Source: Felis catus | Lineage: Eukaryota | Length of the DNA: 64,000 bases | NCBI RefSeq assembly: GCF_018350175.1 | Contig: NC_058368.1 | Location: forward strand, 43,526,001-43,590,000 | Direction: 5' to 3' | Shown here: positions 63,796-64,000 of the stretch, one piece after another | Position numbering within the stretch: the first letter of the stretch is position 1 | Layout of the letters: each line of letters opens with the position of its first letter | The notes under the pieces: generated by a model | The model's database searches: none | What the model was told of the DNA's origin: nothing | Seen by the model: the letters and a program-made list of their open reading frames with translations, nothing else | Made by a program: the position numbers and the translations under genes

Positions 63796-64000
63796 TGGCC
63801 TATGAAGTATCCATTCCTCTTTTATATTAAGAGCATCCCAACTTCATCTATTTCATTTAGGATATCACCTGTTCTTGATTATATTCCGTGTATATGGGGC
63901 TCTAAATGAAATAACCTTGTCATATATGAGGTGAAGGATGGGCACTTAAAAGCTCTAAGAATTGAATGTTCTCTCCTGAAATTTCAAATCCTGAGCAGGA

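Overview
AT-rich mammalian genomic DNA from a felid carnivore. The evidence is 22 tRNA-derived CanSINEs, including a near-consensus young cat-type SINEC_Fc, plus carnivore-type L1. I recognise no intact protein-coding exon, RNA gene or CpG island, so the window looks intergenic or deep-intronic. The only gene-derived sequence is an intronless, frameshifted ELL2 processed pseudogene (~57.8-59.3 kb, +), whose 5' edge appears to be interrupted by an MLT1A LTR. The rest is layered repeats: a full-length Tigger1 nested in L2 and carrying three SINEs, LTR33/LTR40/MLT1/MLT2/MER39/MER90-like LTRs, L1 fragments of several ages, MIRs, MER45A/MER53/MER58A, an ~870-bp Tigger-type element I cannot name, and microsatellites. 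Structural oddities include a perfect 38-bp AT-rich inverted repeat, a ~90-bp duplication around an L1/SINE insert, a poly(A)-only insertion with an 18-bp TSD, and a 54-bp duplication with templated filler. I found no convincing novel biological system. Repeat subfamily names and ELL2 sequence come from recall, not from a database search.
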